From contig JAVHLP010000005.1 in assembly GCA_031082145.1 (NCBI GenBank), forward strand, positions 34,676-98,675: a stretch of DNA of 64,000 nucleotides, in the 5' to 3' direction. Positions within the stretch are counted from its first letter, which is position 1. Every line of letters begins with the position of its first letter. Below are positions 35,229-44,899 of the stretch, one piece after another. The stretch is from a bacterium. GTDB taxonomy: Bacteria; Bacillota; Sulfobacillia; UBA995. The notes beneath the pieces were generated by a model. It was not told where the DNA came from. It did no database searches and saw nothing but the letters and a program-made list of their open reading frames with translations. A program made the translations under genes and the position numbers.

Positions 35229-35564
35229 ATGGCGTCCTGGATCGGACTGGCGGTCAGATTCGTTGTGTCAGCGCTCGTACTCATGTTCGTTGGCTTTCTC
35301 CTGCCCGGTTTTGAGATCGCCGGCTTCACCAATGCCCTGATCGCCGCCGTGGCCATCGCCATCATCGGCTACATCGCCGAAGCCCTGCTCGGCCGCAGGG
35401 TATCACCCCAGAGCCGGGGGGTGGTCGGTTTCATCACCGCCGCCGTCGTCATCTACGCGGCCCAGTTCGTGGTTCCTCTGATGCGGGTCACGGTTATCGG
35501 CGCGCTTCTGGCGTCGGTCATCATTGGGCTCCTGGATGCGGTAGTTCCCACTGAACTGCGCTGA
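35229..35564 (+). CDS. Phage-holin-4_2 / YvlD-type small membrane protein
   Basis: 111 aa with four hydrophobic segments. The FVVSALVLMFVGFLLPGFEI...ALIAAVAIAII pattern matches the DUF360/holin family. Confidence 0.7.
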   Translation: MASWIGLAVRFVVSALVLMFVGFLLPGFEIAGFTNALIAAVAIAIIGYIAEALLGRRVSPQSRGVVGFITAAVVIYAAQFVVPLMRVTVIGALLASVIIGLLDAVVPTELR

Positions 35565-35658
35565 AGGACATAGCGGCCCGGGGGCGAGCGTAGGATAAGG
35601 TGTGCCGCTGCGCATCATCTGCTCTCCGGCCCCGCCGGAGGGGGAGGCCGGATCAGCC

Positions 35659-36825
35659 ATGGCCCGCCGTACCCCCCCGGGCCCCAAGGTCTATGTCTTT
35701 TCGTCGCGACGGCCGTCTCTGAAGCGGGCTCACCTTGGCTTGTATGTGGGCCTCACCGCCCTGGTGGTGGCCGCCCTGGCCGTCCATGGCTTGCGGGCCG
35801 GTCCCGGCGAGGCGGTGCCGGTGACGGCCCCGCCTCCGCAGGCAGTGGCCCCGGGCCCGGGTCGGTCTTCCCTGTCCGGTTATCTGAGCTCCCGGGCTCT
35901 GTCTTACCTGCGGGCCGCCCTGCCACTGCTCTCTTTGCAGGATGAGGGACTGCCTCGCTCCTGGCTCCCCGACCCTGACCGGCTGGTCGATGCTTTGGTG
36001 CGCTTGTTGGGAGGTGTGGATCTGGCCGATCCCCGGACCTTCCTCCGTCTTCAGGTACCGTTGATGGTATACGCCGACCTGCCGGCAGCATCTGCCCGGG
36101 CCCCCGGCCCGGTGCTCCCGGACGGCCCGGCAAGCGGACAACCGCTACCCCCGGTCGTCACCACCGCCGGGAGGGATGCCGAAGGCCCGATCAGGGTGGC
36201 GATATACCACACCCACGCCCAGGAAGCGTATCTCCCCGCCATGTACGGCGACATCGCCGGCCGCCGACCCCAGGAGGCTTTCAGCCTGGATCCCGAAGTC
36301 GGAGTGCTCCGGGTGGGACTGGAACTGGTAGGGGAACTCCGGGGCGCTCATGCGGTGGGTGCGGTCCAGGACCGGACGGTATACGACCGCGAGGGGCGAC
36401 TCTCCAGTTACGAGCGATCCGCCCTGGGCGTGGCTCGCCTGCTGCAGAGCCACCCTCACCTGCAGGTGATGTTGGACATCCATCGCGACGAGGGACGGAG
36501 AGCCAACACCACGATCGAGATCGCCGGTCAGGCCGCCGCCCGGGTGCTGATCGTCGTTGGCACCGATCGCAACCTCGCCCATCCCGATTGGCGCCAAAAC
36601 TACGCGCTGGCCCGGCGGATGGTGGCTCTCATGGAGGAGATGTACCCGGGGCTATCCATGGGCATCCGTGACAAGGAGAACCGCTACAACCAGCACCTTT
36701 TCCCGGGGCTGCTGCTGGTCGAGGTCGGCTGCCAGGAGAACTCACTGCCGGAAGCTCTGCATACCGCCCGCCTGCTGGCCGCTGTGGTGGCCCGAATGGT
36801 CGATGAAGGAAGGGGCGGTCCCTAG
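35659..36825 (+). CDS. spoIIP: Stage II sporulation protein P
   Basis: VAIYHTHAQEAY, DIHRD and LLVEVG..ENSL motifs. Position after rpsT matches Bacillus. GTG 35602 is an alternative start. Confidence 0.88.
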   Translation: MARRTPPGPKVYVFSSRRPSLKRAHLGLYVGLTALVVAALAVHGLRAGPGEAVPVTAPPPQAVAPGPGRSSLSGYLSSRALSYLRAALPLLSLQDEGLPRSWLPDPDRLVDALVRLLGGVDLADPRTFLRLQVPLMVYADLPAASARAPGPVLPDGPASGQPLPPVVTTAGRDAEGPIRVAIYHTHAQEAYLPAMYGDIAGRRPQEAFSLDPEVGVLRVGLELVGELRGAHAVGAVQDRTVYDREGRLSSYERSALGVARLLQSHPHLQVMLDIHRDEGRRANTTIEIAGQAAARVLIVVGTDRNLAHPDWRQNYALARRMVALMEEMYPGLSMGIRDKENRYNQHLFPGLLLVEVGCQENSLPEALHTARLLAAVVARMVDEGRGGP

Positions 36826-36867
36826 AGAATAAGCTGCTAGACACGCCTTTGCCTCCCATTCCGCCCG

Positions 36868-36897
36868 TTGACACCGGACCGGGCCCGGTGGTATTCT
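36868..36897 (+). promoter_or_regulatory. Sigma-A promoter of the hrcA operon (TTGACA-18-TATTCT)
   Basis: -35 TTGACA at 36868-36873 and -10 TATTCT at 36892-36897, directly upstream of CIRCE. Confidence 0.65.
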
Positions 36898-36909
36898 AAG
36901 GGAGAAGGC

Positions 36910-36936
36910 TTAGCACTCTAGTTGCAGGAGTGCTAA
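36910..36936 (+). promoter_or_regulatory. CIRCE operator (HrcA binding site)
   Basis: TTAGCACTC-tagttgcag-GAGTGCTAA is a perfect match to the TTAGCACTC-N9-GAGTGCTAA consensus. Confidence 0.95.
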
Positions 36937-36967
36937 GCCAGCCCTCCCCTCATCGGAGGCGGCGGAG

Positions 36968-37999
36968 ATGGACGCCCGGAAGCAGAGGATTCTGAGGTTG
37001 CTGGTGGAGGACTACATCGAAACGGCCCACCCGGTTGGCTCACGCGCCATCGCCCGGAAGCACGGGCTCGGAGTCAGCCCGGCCACCGTCCGCAACGAGA
37101 TGGCCGACCTCGAGGAGATGGGGATGGTCGAACAACCCCATACTTCGGCCGGGCGTGTTCCATCCAGCCGCGGCTATCGTTATTACGTGGACAACCTGAT
37201 GGCTGTAGGGCTCCCCGGTCGGGTTGAGTTGGAGTCGGTGCGCGAGGTCTACCGCGATCGATCGACGCCGGTACGGGTCCTTATCCGGCGCACCGCCGAC
37301 TTGCTCTCCGAAGTCACCCAGTACACCTCCTTGGTGGTCGGCCCCGGTCTGGAGCGGGCCAGTTTCAGGCGGCTGGAGATCCTCCCCGTCAACGGCAACC
37401 GCCTGTTGGTTGTTCTGCTGACCGGCGACGGTACCGTTCAGACCCGTCTCCTGGACCGGCCGGAGAACGTGTCCCCGGAGTACCTGGAACGGATGGTGAT
37501 TGTCCTCAACTCGGGGCTCAGCGGCCTCGACATGGAGGTCGTGGCCGGCAGGGGCCTGGATCGCCTTCGCCAGGATTTTCCCCGTGGGATAACGGTGCTG
37601 GAGTGTCTGCGGGGGATGATCGAGGCCGGGGAGGCAGGCGACGATGAGGGGCTGTGCCTCGGTGGAGCTGCCAACATGCTGCGCCAGCCCGAGTTCCGGG
37701 ATGTTGACAAGGTCGAGACCTTGTTCTCCATACTGGAGCAGGGGCGAGCGATCCGGGAGCTGCTGGCCGAGTTGAGCTTGGACCCGGGAGACGTCGTGGT
37801 TACCATCGGTGAGGAGAACCGCTACCCCGAGATGCGCGACTGCAGCCTGGTGACGGCTGCCTGCTACGTGGGGGGTCGCCTCTCGGGGCGGATCGCCATC
37901 CTGGGTCCCCGCCGCATGCGTTACTCGCGGGTGGTGGGATTGGTGGCCACGGTCCGGGAACTGCTCGGTCAAGAACTCTGGCGCCGCCGGATGGGCTAA
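36968..37999 (+). CDS. hrcA: Heat-inducible transcription repressor HrcA
   Basis: N-terminal winged helix (RKQRILRLLVEDYIETAHPVGSRAI) with CIRCE upstream. Confidence 0.93.
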   Translation: MDARKQRILRLLVEDYIETAHPVGSRAIARKHGLGVSPATVRNEMADLEEMGMVEQPHTSAGRVPSSRGYRYYVDNLMAVGLPGRVELESVREVYRDRSTPVRVLIRRTADLLSEVTQYTSLVVGPGLERASFRRLEILPVNGNRLLVVLLTGDGTVQTRLLDRPENVSPEYLERMVIVLNSGLSGLDMEVVAGRGLDRLRQDFPRGITVLECLRGMIEAGEAGDDEGLCLGGAANMLRQPEFRDVDKVETLFSILEQGRAIRELLAELSLDPGDVVVTIGEENRYPEMRDCSLVTAACYVGGRLSGRIAILGPRRMRYSRVVGLVATVRELLGQELWRRRMG

Positions 38000-38091
38000 G
38001 TCCGACGGTAGCCGGGCTCTTGTCACGGGGTGGCCCCGGGCCGCCCAACCTGTTACCATGGAGCCAAAGCCAGGTCCTGAGGGTGATCGGT

Positions 38092-39213
38092 ATGGCCACC
38101 GGGGGGAAGCGAGACTACTACGAGGTGCTGGGTGTTCCCCGGGACGCCAGTCAGGCAGACGTGAAGCGCGCCTTCCGGGAGCTCGCCCGCAAGCATCACC
38201 CCGACGTGAACCCCGGCGACCCCACGGCCGAGGACAAGTTCAAGGCGATCAACGAGGCGTACGAGGTGCTCGGCGATCCCGAGAAGCGTCGCCGCTATGA
38301 CCAGTTTGGCCACCCATCCCCGGGCATGGGCGACGGCGGCCCGGGATTTGATCCCTTCTCAGGCTTGGGCGATCTATTCGAGGCCTTCTTTGGCGAGGGT
38401 ACCGGTGGTGCCCGTCGCGGCCCGCGGCGAGGGCGGGATCTTGGCTACGAGCTGGAGCTGGACTTGGAGGATGTCTTCAAGGGCCTCGAAGTTGACGTTG
38501 AGGTCGCCCGAGAAGAGAACTGTCCGGTCTGCGACGGGAGCGGGGCGCGGATCGGCAGCCCGCCCCGCACCTGTCCCCGTTGTGCCGGCCGGGGCCGGGT
38601 GGAGGCGGTTCAGAGCACCCTGCTCGGCCGTTTCGTCACCATGCAGCCCTGTGATCGCTGCGGCGGCGAGGGCAGGGTGGTCGAGGATCCCTGTCCGGAC
38701 TGCCGCGGCGCAGGGCGCGTACGGCGCCGGCGGCGACTCGCGGTCAAGGTGCCGCCCGGCGTGGACAACGGCAGCCGGTTGCGCCTGCCGGGCGAGGGCG
38801 AGGCCGGCGCCCAGGGCGGTCCCCCCGGGGACTTCTATGTTCTGGTACGGGTCAAGCCCCACCCTGTGTTCTCGCGGCGGGGACGCGATCTCTTCTGCGA
38901 GTTGCCGGTGAGCATGGTGACGGCCGCCCTGGGCGGTGAGATGGCCGTTCCCACCCTGGAAGGAGAGGTTAACCTGACCATTCCCGCCGGCAGCCAGCCC
39001 GGCGTTACCTTGCGGCTGCGGGGCAAGGGCATGCCCACCCGTTCGGGACGGGGTGACCTGCACGTCACGGTGCGGGTGGACATCCCCCGCCGCCTTAGCA
39101 TCGAGCAGCGCCGGCTGCTGGAGGAGTTCGCCCGGCTGGCCGGCGAAGAGCCGCGGGAGCCGGGAAAGGGTTTCTTCCGGCGGGTAGCCGACGCCTTTGG
39201 ATCGGACGGCTGA
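38092..39213 (+). CDS. dnaJ: Molecular chaperone DnaJ
   Basis: J domain (DYYEVLGV...HPD), G/F region and four CxxCxGxG zinc motifs. ATG 38092. Confidence 0.95.
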   Translation: MATGGKRDYYEVLGVPRDASQADVKRAFRELARKHHPDVNPGDPTAEDKFKAINEAYEVLGDPEKRRRYDQFGHPSPGMGDGGPGFDPFSGLGDLFEAFFGEGTGGARRGPRRGRDLGYELELDLEDVFKGLEVDVEVAREENCPVCDGSGARIGSPPRTCPRCAGRGRVEAVQSTLLGRFVTMQPCDRCGGEGRVVEDPCPDCRGAGRVRRRRRLAVKVPPGVDNGSRLRLPGEGEAGAQGGPPGDFYVLVRVKPHPVFSRRGRDLFCELPVSMVTAALGGEMAVPTLEGEVNLTIPAGSQPGVTLRLRGKGMPTRSGRGDLHVTVRVDIPRRLSIEQRRLLEEFARLAGEEPREPGKGFFRRVADAFGSDG

Positions 39214-40090
39214 GCCCTGGGCGGCTCTCAAGGTTCAGGTGGGGCCGGAAGCCACCGAGGCGGTGGCCGAGCATCTGCGGACGCTGGGGGCCGCCGGCGT
39301 GGCCATCGAAACCGGCGACGGCGATCCGGTGGTGGTCGGTTACTATCCCCCCGGGGCCGGTGGTCCGGACCGGTTGCCTGCCTTACGGCGGTTCCTGTGC
39401 TGCCTGGCCGGATGGGGCCTGAACCCGGGCAGGCCCCGGGCCTGGGTGGAGCTCCTGGCCCTGGAAGACTGGCAGGCGGCCTCGCGGCGGGCTTTCCGAC
39501 CGTTCCGCGTAGGCCGGCGGCTCTGGATCGTTCCCGCCTGGGAGGGGCCCGATCTCCCACCGGCGGCGGTAGCAGTGCGGCTGGATCCCGGTCTGGCTTT
39601 CGGCACCGGCGACCATCCCACGACTCGCATGTGCCTGGAGGAGATCGAAGCCGCGGTGAGCCCCGGCGACACGGTTCTGGACTGCGGGACCGGGTCGGGG
39701 GTACTGGCGATTGCCGCGGCCCTGCTGGGAGCGGTAAGGGTGCGGGCCGTGGATCACGATCCGGTCGCCGTGGCGGCGGCCTGCCAGGCGGTCACCCTCA
39801 ACGGCCTCGCCGGGCGGATCCAGGTGAACCATGGCGATGCCCGGGACTGGCTCCGCCGACAGCTTCCCGCTCAACTGGTGGTTGCTAACCTGGACACGGC
39901 GTCGCTGCTGGGCCTGGCTCATTCTCTCCCGCCGGCGGTCGCGCCCGGCGGCCAGCTGATTGTCTCCGGGCTCTCGGCCGGGCGTAACCGCGATGTCGCC
40001 GCCGCGCTGGTCGGAGCCGGGCTTGAGCCGCGGGGAACCCGGAGCGAGGAAGGATGGGGACTGGTCACGGCGGGGAAGCCATGGACGTGA
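39197..40090 (+). CDS. prmA: Ribosomal protein L11 methyltransferase
   Basis: LDPGLAFGTGDHPTTRMCLE and VLDCGTGSGVLAIAA motifs. Confidence 0.92.
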   Translation: MDRTAEPWAALKVQVGPEATEAVAEHLRTLGAAGVAIETGDGDPVVVGYYPPGAGGPDRLPALRRFLCCLAGWGLNPGRPRAWVELLALEDWQAASRRAFRPFRVGRRLWIVPAWEGPDLPPAAVAVRLDPGLAFGTGDHPTTRMCLEEIEAAVSPGDTVLDCGTGSGVLAIAAALLGAVRVRAVDHDPVAVAAACQAVTLNGLAGRIQVNHGDARDWLRRQLPAQLVVANLDTASLLGLAHSLPPAVAPGGQLIVSGLSAGRNRDVAAALVGAGLEPRGTRSEEGWGLVTAGKPWT

Positions 40091-41430
40091 CCAGGCCGCC
40101 GACTTGCGCTTTTTTGACCCTGGGGTGCAAGGTCAACCAGCATGACACCGAGGCCCTCAAGGAGTCCTTCCGGCGCTCAGGCTATCGCGTGGTTCCTTTC
40201 ACCGCCCCCGCCGACGTCTACGTCGTCAACACCTGCGCGGTAACGGCCGAGGGGCAAGCGAAATCACGCCGGGCGGTGCGGCGGGCTCGGGCCCGAGCCC
40301 CGGGGGCGCTGGTGGCGGCGGTCGGCTGCTATCCTCAGGTGGCTCCCGACCAGGCTGGCAGCGACGGGGCGGACCTGGTGGTTGGCACCGATGGACACGC
40401 GCGGCTACCCCAGATGGTCCACGAACTCACTCGCGGCTCCGGCCCGGTTCGCGTTGAGGTGCGGGGCTACCCGCGCCACACCCCCTACCAGGAGATGGCG
40501 GTGGCCGATACTCAGGAGCGGACCCGGGCTACTCTCAAGGTGCAGGATGGCTGTGATCTTCAGTGCAGTTACTGCCTCATTCCCCGGGCCCGGGGGCCCG
40601 CCCGCAGCCGCGAGCCGGAGGGGGTACGGCGGGAGGCAGCCCGCCTTGTCCAAGCCGGCCACCGTGAGATCGTGCTGGTAGGCATCTGCCTAGGGGCCTA
40701 CGGAGCCGACCTCCAACCCCGCCGGGAGTTGGCCGACGCGGTTCAGGCCTGCCTGGAGGCGGACGGCCGGCACCGGGTGCGACTGAGCTCGGTCGAGGTG
40801 ACCCAGGTCACCCCCCGGCTGGTCAACTTGCTGGCGACGGAACCCCGCCTGTGCCGGCACCTGGCCGTGCCCCTGCAGAGCGGGAGCGGGCGTATCCTCC
40901 AGGCCATGGGTCGGGGCTATGCCCCGGAAGACTACACCCGGGTGGCGGGTGAGCTCTTTCGCCGGGTTCCCGGGCTGGCCATCACCACCGATGTCATGGT
41001 GGGCTTCCCCGGCGAGACGGAGGAAGACTTCCTGGCGACCTGCGGTGTGTTGGAGACCGTCGGTCTTAGCCGGCTGCATGTCTTCCGTTACTCCGCCCGG
41101 CCCGGCACGCCTGCCGCCTCCCTGCCGGGGCAGGTGCCGGGCCGGCTGCGGAGTGAACGGGCCCGTCACCTCCTGGTCCGGGGCCGGGAACTCGCGGAGA
41201 GCTTCAGGCGCCGCTTCATCGGTGAGACACTGGAAGTGCTGGCTGAAGGAAAACAAAGCGGCTGCCAGGAAGGGCTCTCCGACAACTACGTGCGCTTGGG
41301 ATTCGCCGGTCCCTCCGGGTGGCGGGGACGCTTCGTCTCCGTCCGGGTGGTGAGAGTGGAAGGCGAGACCGTCCGGGGCGTGGCCGTAGGCGAACCGAGG
41401 GATAGCTGCGAAGGACGGCGAATAGGGTAG
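40081..41430 (+). CDS. mtaB: tRNA ms2t6A37 methylthiotransferase MtaB (radical SAM)
   Basis: FLTLGCKVNQHDTE, the radical-SAM motif CDLQCSYCLIP, and a TRAM-like C-terminus. Lies after prmA, as yqeV does in Bacillus. Confidence 0.85.
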   Translation: MDVTRPPTCAFLTLGCKVNQHDTEALKESFRRSGYRVVPFTAPADVYVVNTCAVTAEGQAKSRRAVRRARARAPGALVAAVGCYPQVAPDQAGSDGADLVVGTDGHARLPQMVHELTRGSGPVRVEVRGYPRHTPYQEMAVADTQERTRATLKVQDGCDLQCSYCLIPRARGPARSREPEGVRREAARLVQAGHREIVLVGICLGAYGADLQPRRELADAVQACLEADGRHRVRLSSVEVTQVTPRLVNLLATEPRLCRHLAVPLQSGSGRILQAMGRGYAPEDYTRVAGELFRRVPGLAITTDVMVGFPGETEEDFLATCGVLETVGLSRLHVFRYSARPGTPAASLPGQVPGRLRSERARHLLVRGRELAESFRRRFIGETLEVLAEGKQSGCQEGLSDNYVRLGFAGPSGWRGRFVSVRVVRVEGETVRGVAVGEPRDSCEGRRIG

Positions 41431-41446
41431 GGTGGAGGGATGCGGC

Positions 41447-42559
41447 ATGGCGTGCGGGAGGCTCCGGGTTGGGGTGATCTTCGGCGGCCGGTCGGGAGAG
41501 CACGAGGTCTCGCTCATCTCCGCCCGGTCAATCTTGCGAGCCCTGGATCCCTCGCGCTTCGAGGCGGTGCCCATTGCCATCACCCGCGAAGGACGCTGGC
41601 TGCTGGCAGGGGATGCCCTCAAGGCCCTCGAGGCGGGATCCACCGACCTCCGCGGGCAGCCGGTAGCCCTGCTGGGAGACCCCGCCTGCCAGGGACTCGT
41701 TCCCCTGGAGGGGCGCGGCATCGCCCAGCAGCTGGACGTGGTTTTTCCGGTACTGCACGGTCCCCACGGGGAGGACGGGACGATCCAGGGCCTGTTGGAG
41801 CTGGCCAATCTCCCCTACGTGGGGGCGGGGGTGCTGGGATCGGCTCTCGGCATGGACAAGGCGGTGCAGAAGGCCTTGCTGGACCACCGGGGGATCCCGG
41901 TGGCCGACTACATCGTCGTCCGGGACAGCGTCTGGCGCAGTGCCCCCGACCCCCTGCTCGACGCCGTGGCAGCACGGATGGGTTACCCCTGCTTTGTCAA
42001 GCCCGCCAACCTCGGGTCGTCCATCGGCATCACCAAGGTCAAGGCCCCGGAGGCCTTGCCGGCCGCCATTGAGCTGGCGTTCCGCTATGATCGGAAAGCC
42101 CTGGTCGAGGAAGCCGTCGCCGGTCGCGAGATCGAGGTCAGCGTCCTCGGCAACGAGGAGCCGGAGGCTTCCGTGTGCGGTGAGATCCTGCCGTCGCGGG
42201 AGTTCTACGACTACCAGGCCAAGTACGTCGACAATAGCTCCCGCCTGATCATCCCCGCCGATCTGCCGCCAGAGGTCAGCCAGGAGGTCCGGCGGCTGGC
42301 CGTAGCGTCCTTCCTGGCCTTGGAGGCTTCGGGAATGGCCCGGGTGGACTTCCTGGTGGCCTTAGGGCCCCGCCGTATCATCGTGAACGAACTCAACACC
42401 ATCCCCGGCTTCACTCCCATCAGCATGTACCCAAAGCTCTGGGAAGCTAGCGGGGTGGCCTATCCGGAGTTGATAACCCGCCTGATCGAGCTCGCCTTGG
42501 AGCGGCACGAGGCCAAGTTGCGGCTGGATACCACCTACCATCACCAGCCCCCCGGTTGA
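41447..42559 (+). CDS. ddl: D-alanine--D-alanine ligase
   Basis: VIFGGRSGEHEVS, HGPHGEDGTIQGLLE and the ATP-grasp motif NELNTIPGFT. ATG 41447 follows GGTGGAGGG. Confidence 0.93.
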   Translation: MACGRLRVGVIFGGRSGEHEVSLISARSILRALDPSRFEAVPIAITREGRWLLAGDALKALEAGSTDLRGQPVALLGDPACQGLVPLEGRGIAQQLDVVFPVLHGPHGEDGTIQGLLELANLPYVGAGVLGSALGMDKAVQKALLDHRGIPVADYIVVRDSVWRSAPDPLLDAVAARMGYPCFVKPANLGSSIGITKVKAPEALPAAIELAFRYDRKALVEEAVAGREIEVSVLGNEEPEASVCGEILPSREFYDYQAKYVDNSSRLIIPADLPPEVSQEVRRLAVASFLALEASGMARVDFLVALGPRRIIVNELNTIPGFTPISMYPKLWEASGVAYPELITRLIELALERHEAKLRLDTTYHHQPPG

Positions 42560-42576
42560 CGGGAGGTCGTGACCTG

Positions 42577-44178
42577 ATGAACACCAATCACCGGGGAATG
42601 CTCTTGCGGGGCGGGCCCATCCATACCATGGTGCCGGGACGGCCGGCAGTGGAGGTCCTGGCCGTCAAGGACGGCCGGGTGGTGGCGGCCGGTCGGGCCG
42701 GGGAAGCAGCGGCCGCGCTGGGCGCCCCCCACCGGGTAGTGGAACTGGGCGGGCGCTGTGTGCTGCCCGCCTTCACCGATTGCCACACCCACTTCGCCAG
42801 CTTCGCCAGTGGCCTGGCCGGTCTGCGACTTGAGAACTGCGAGGGGCCGGAGGAGGTGGGACTCGAGGTGGTGCGGGCTGCGGCGGCCATTCCCCCCGGC
42901 CGGTGGGTGACCGGCGGCGGCTGGGACTCCGGCCGTTGGGCTGCCGGCCGGTCCCCTCACCGCCGGTACCTGGATATGGCTGCCCCCGCCCACCCGGTGG
43001 CACTCGCCAGCCGCGACGGCCATGGCCTGTGGGTGAACTGCCTGGCCCTGCAGATGGCCGGCATCACCGCTGGCACCCCCGATCCACCCGGAGGCCGCAT
43101 AGTCCGGGAGGCCGGCGGTGAGCCCACCGGTCTCCTGCTGGAGAAGGCCACGGCCGCCGTCTCCGACCTACTGCCTCCCCCGGAACCCGGCGACCTCGCC
43201 GCCTTGCTGCGCCGGGGCATCGAGATCGCCCACCGCCTGGGTCTGGCCGGCATCCACGTGGCTGAGGGACGGGACACCTTCCGGGCCTTTCAGCTGCTCC
43301 GGCGAAGGGGCGAGCTGACCCTGCGGGTCTCCATGATGGTGCCCGAACACCGGTTGGGCGAGGCGGCGGCCCTGGGGCTGGAGACTGGACTGGGTGATGA
43401 CTGGCTGCGGGTCAGCAACCTCAAGCTGTTTCTCGACGGATCCCTGGGGCAGCGTACGGCCGACATGCTGGAGCCCTATGGGGGAGAGACCACCTACCGT
43501 GGGGTGGCGGTGCTGGGCAGGGCGGACCTGTCGGTTCTCGTTGGCCGGGCGATCACCGCCGGCTGGCCGTGCGCCGTGCACGCCATCGGCGACAAGGCCA
43601 ATCGTGTAGCCTTGGACGTGTTCGCCGAGCACCTGAACGCCACCCGCCGGGCTGGCTTGCGCCACCGGGTGGAGCATGCCCAGTGCGTGCATCCCGCCGA
43701 TATTCCCCGGTTCGCCCGTCTGGGAGTGGTGGCCTCCGTGCAGCCCCTGCATGCCACTTCAGACCGCTACCTGGCCGACCGGCACTGGGGAGCCCGGGCC
43801 CGCTGGGCCTATCCTTTCCGGTCCCTGCTACGAGCGGGGGCCGTCCTGGCCATGGGGTCGGATGTCCCCGTGGAGCCAATGGATCCCCTGCGGGGTATCT
43901 ACGCGGCGGTCACCCGCTGCCGGGAGGACGAGCCGGGGAAGGAGCCCTGGTACCCGGAGGAAACCCTGACCGTCCGGGAGGCGGTAGAGGGCTATACTCG
44001 GGGAGCCGCCTGGGCTGCGGGGGAGGAGGGCCGGCGAGGGAGCTTGTTCCCCGGCGCCCTGGCTGACTTTGTGGTGCTCTCCGAGGACATTCTGACCGGC
44101 CCGCCGGAGAGGATCCTCGCCGCCAGGGTCGACGCCACCGTGGTGGGAGGCCGCCTCGTCCATGGTGTGCTCCACTGA
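42577..44178 (+). CDS. Amidohydrolase family protein (Amidohydro_3 / YtcJ-like)
   Basis: PAFTDCHTHF, HAIGD and VEHAQ metal-ligand motifs. Confidence 0.85.
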   Translation: MNTNHRGMLLRGGPIHTMVPGRPAVEVLAVKDGRVVAAGRAGEAAAALGAPHRVVELGGRCVLPAFTDCHTHFASFASGLAGLRLENCEGPEEVGLEVVRAAAAIPPGRWVTGGGWDSGRWAAGRSPHRRYLDMAAPAHPVALASRDGHGLWVNCLALQMAGITAGTPDPPGGRIVREAGGEPTGLLLEKATAAVSDLLPPPEPGDLAALLRRGIEIAHRLGLAGIHVAEGRDTFRAFQLLRRRGELTLRVSMMVPEHRLGEAAALGLETGLGDDWLRVSNLKLFLDGSLGQRTADMLEPYGGETTYRGVAVLGRADLSVLVGRAITAGWPCAVHAIGDKANRVALDVFAEHLNATRRAGLRHRVEHAQCVHPADIPRFARLGVVASVQPLHATSDRYLADRHWGARARWAYPFRSLLRAGAVLAMGSDVPVEPMDPLRGIYAAVTRCREDEPGKEPWYPEETLTVREAVEGYTRGAAWAAGEEGRRGSLFPGALADFVVLSEDILTGPPERILAARVDATVVGGRLVHGVLH

Positions 44179-44253
44179 ACCCGGCAGGTAATCAGAACCC
44201 GGCGTAGAACAATTTGACACCGGGGATAATGATCTCGCCGGGGGGTGTAGGCG

Positions 44254-44592
44254 GTGGCCGGCAGTTGCCTGTTCTGCCGCATCGTCGCCGGCGAGTTGTC
44301 CAGCCGGCGGGTGTACGAAGACGACCGGGTGGTGGCCTTCGAGGACATCCAACCCGTCGCTCCGGTACACGTGCTGCTGGTGCCCCGGCGCCACCTGGCC
44401 AGCCTTGCCGACCTCACGCCAGAAGACGGCGACTTGGCCGGTCACTTGCTGCTGGTTGCGGCCAGGCTGGGCGGGGAGTTGTGCCCGGATGGCTACCGGC
44501 TGCTGGTGAACACGGGCGAGGAAGCCGGGCAGACCGTGGGCCACCTGCATCTTCATGTGCTGGGAGGCCGCCGTCTGGGAGCATTAGGTTGA
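44254..44592 (+). CDS. Histidine triad (HIT) nucleotide-binding protein
   Basis: CLFCRIV...PVAPVHVLLVPRRH...GQTVGHLHLHVLGG. Confidence 0.93.
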   Translation: MAGSCLFCRIVAGELSSRRVYEDDRVVAFEDIQPVAPVHVLLVPRRHLASLADLTPEDGDLAGHLLLVAARLGGELCPDGYRLLVNTGEEAGQTVGHLHLHVLGGRRLGALG

Positions 44593-44617
44593 CATAATAG
44601 CACACCCAGTTTATAAT
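44589..44617 (+). promoter_or_regulatory. Consensus sigma-A promoter of rpsU (TTGACA-17-TATAAT)
   Basis: -35 TTGACA at 44589-44594, 17-nt spacer, -10 TATAAT at 44612-44617. Confidence 0.8.
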
Positions 44618-44661
44618 GTGACAGCTTTGCTGGAGACGCTGAAGCGGGGGGAGGGATGCCG

Positions 44662-44844
44662 ATGTCCGAGATCAGGGTGGGCAAAAATGAGACTTTGGAC
44701 AGCGCCCTTCGTCGCTTCAAGCGCCAGTGCCAGAAGACGGGAGTGCTCTCCGAGGCCCGTCGGCGGGAGCACTATGAGAAGCCCAGCGTCAGGAAGAAGA
44801 AGAAGTCCGAGGCGGCCAGGAAGAAACGCCAGCGCCGCTACTAG
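44662..44844 (+). CDS. rpsU: 30S ribosomal protein S21
   Basis: [31 protein letters not shown]... is a typical S21 sequence. The ATG at 44656 is too close to the SD. Confidence 0.93.
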   Translation: MSEIRVGKNETLDSALRRFKRQCQKTGVLSEARRREHYEKPSVRKKKKSEAARKKRQRRY

Positions 44845-44855
44845 AGAAGAACAAC

Positions 44856-44880
44856 CCGACCGGCCCTGGCGGCCGGTCGG
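44856..44880 (+). terminator. Stem-loop after rpsU (possible terminator, weak U tract)
   Basis: Perfect 10-bp stem CCGACCGGCC/GGCCGGTCGG with a 5-nt loop, followed only by CGCTT. Confidence 0.4.
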
Positions 44881-44899
44881 CGCTTAGGGGGCGACCCGC

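Noticed and set aside
40690-41808. 372-aa ORF antisense to mtaB and ddl.
   Set aside because: It has no motifs and is overlapped by two confidently called genes on the plus strand.
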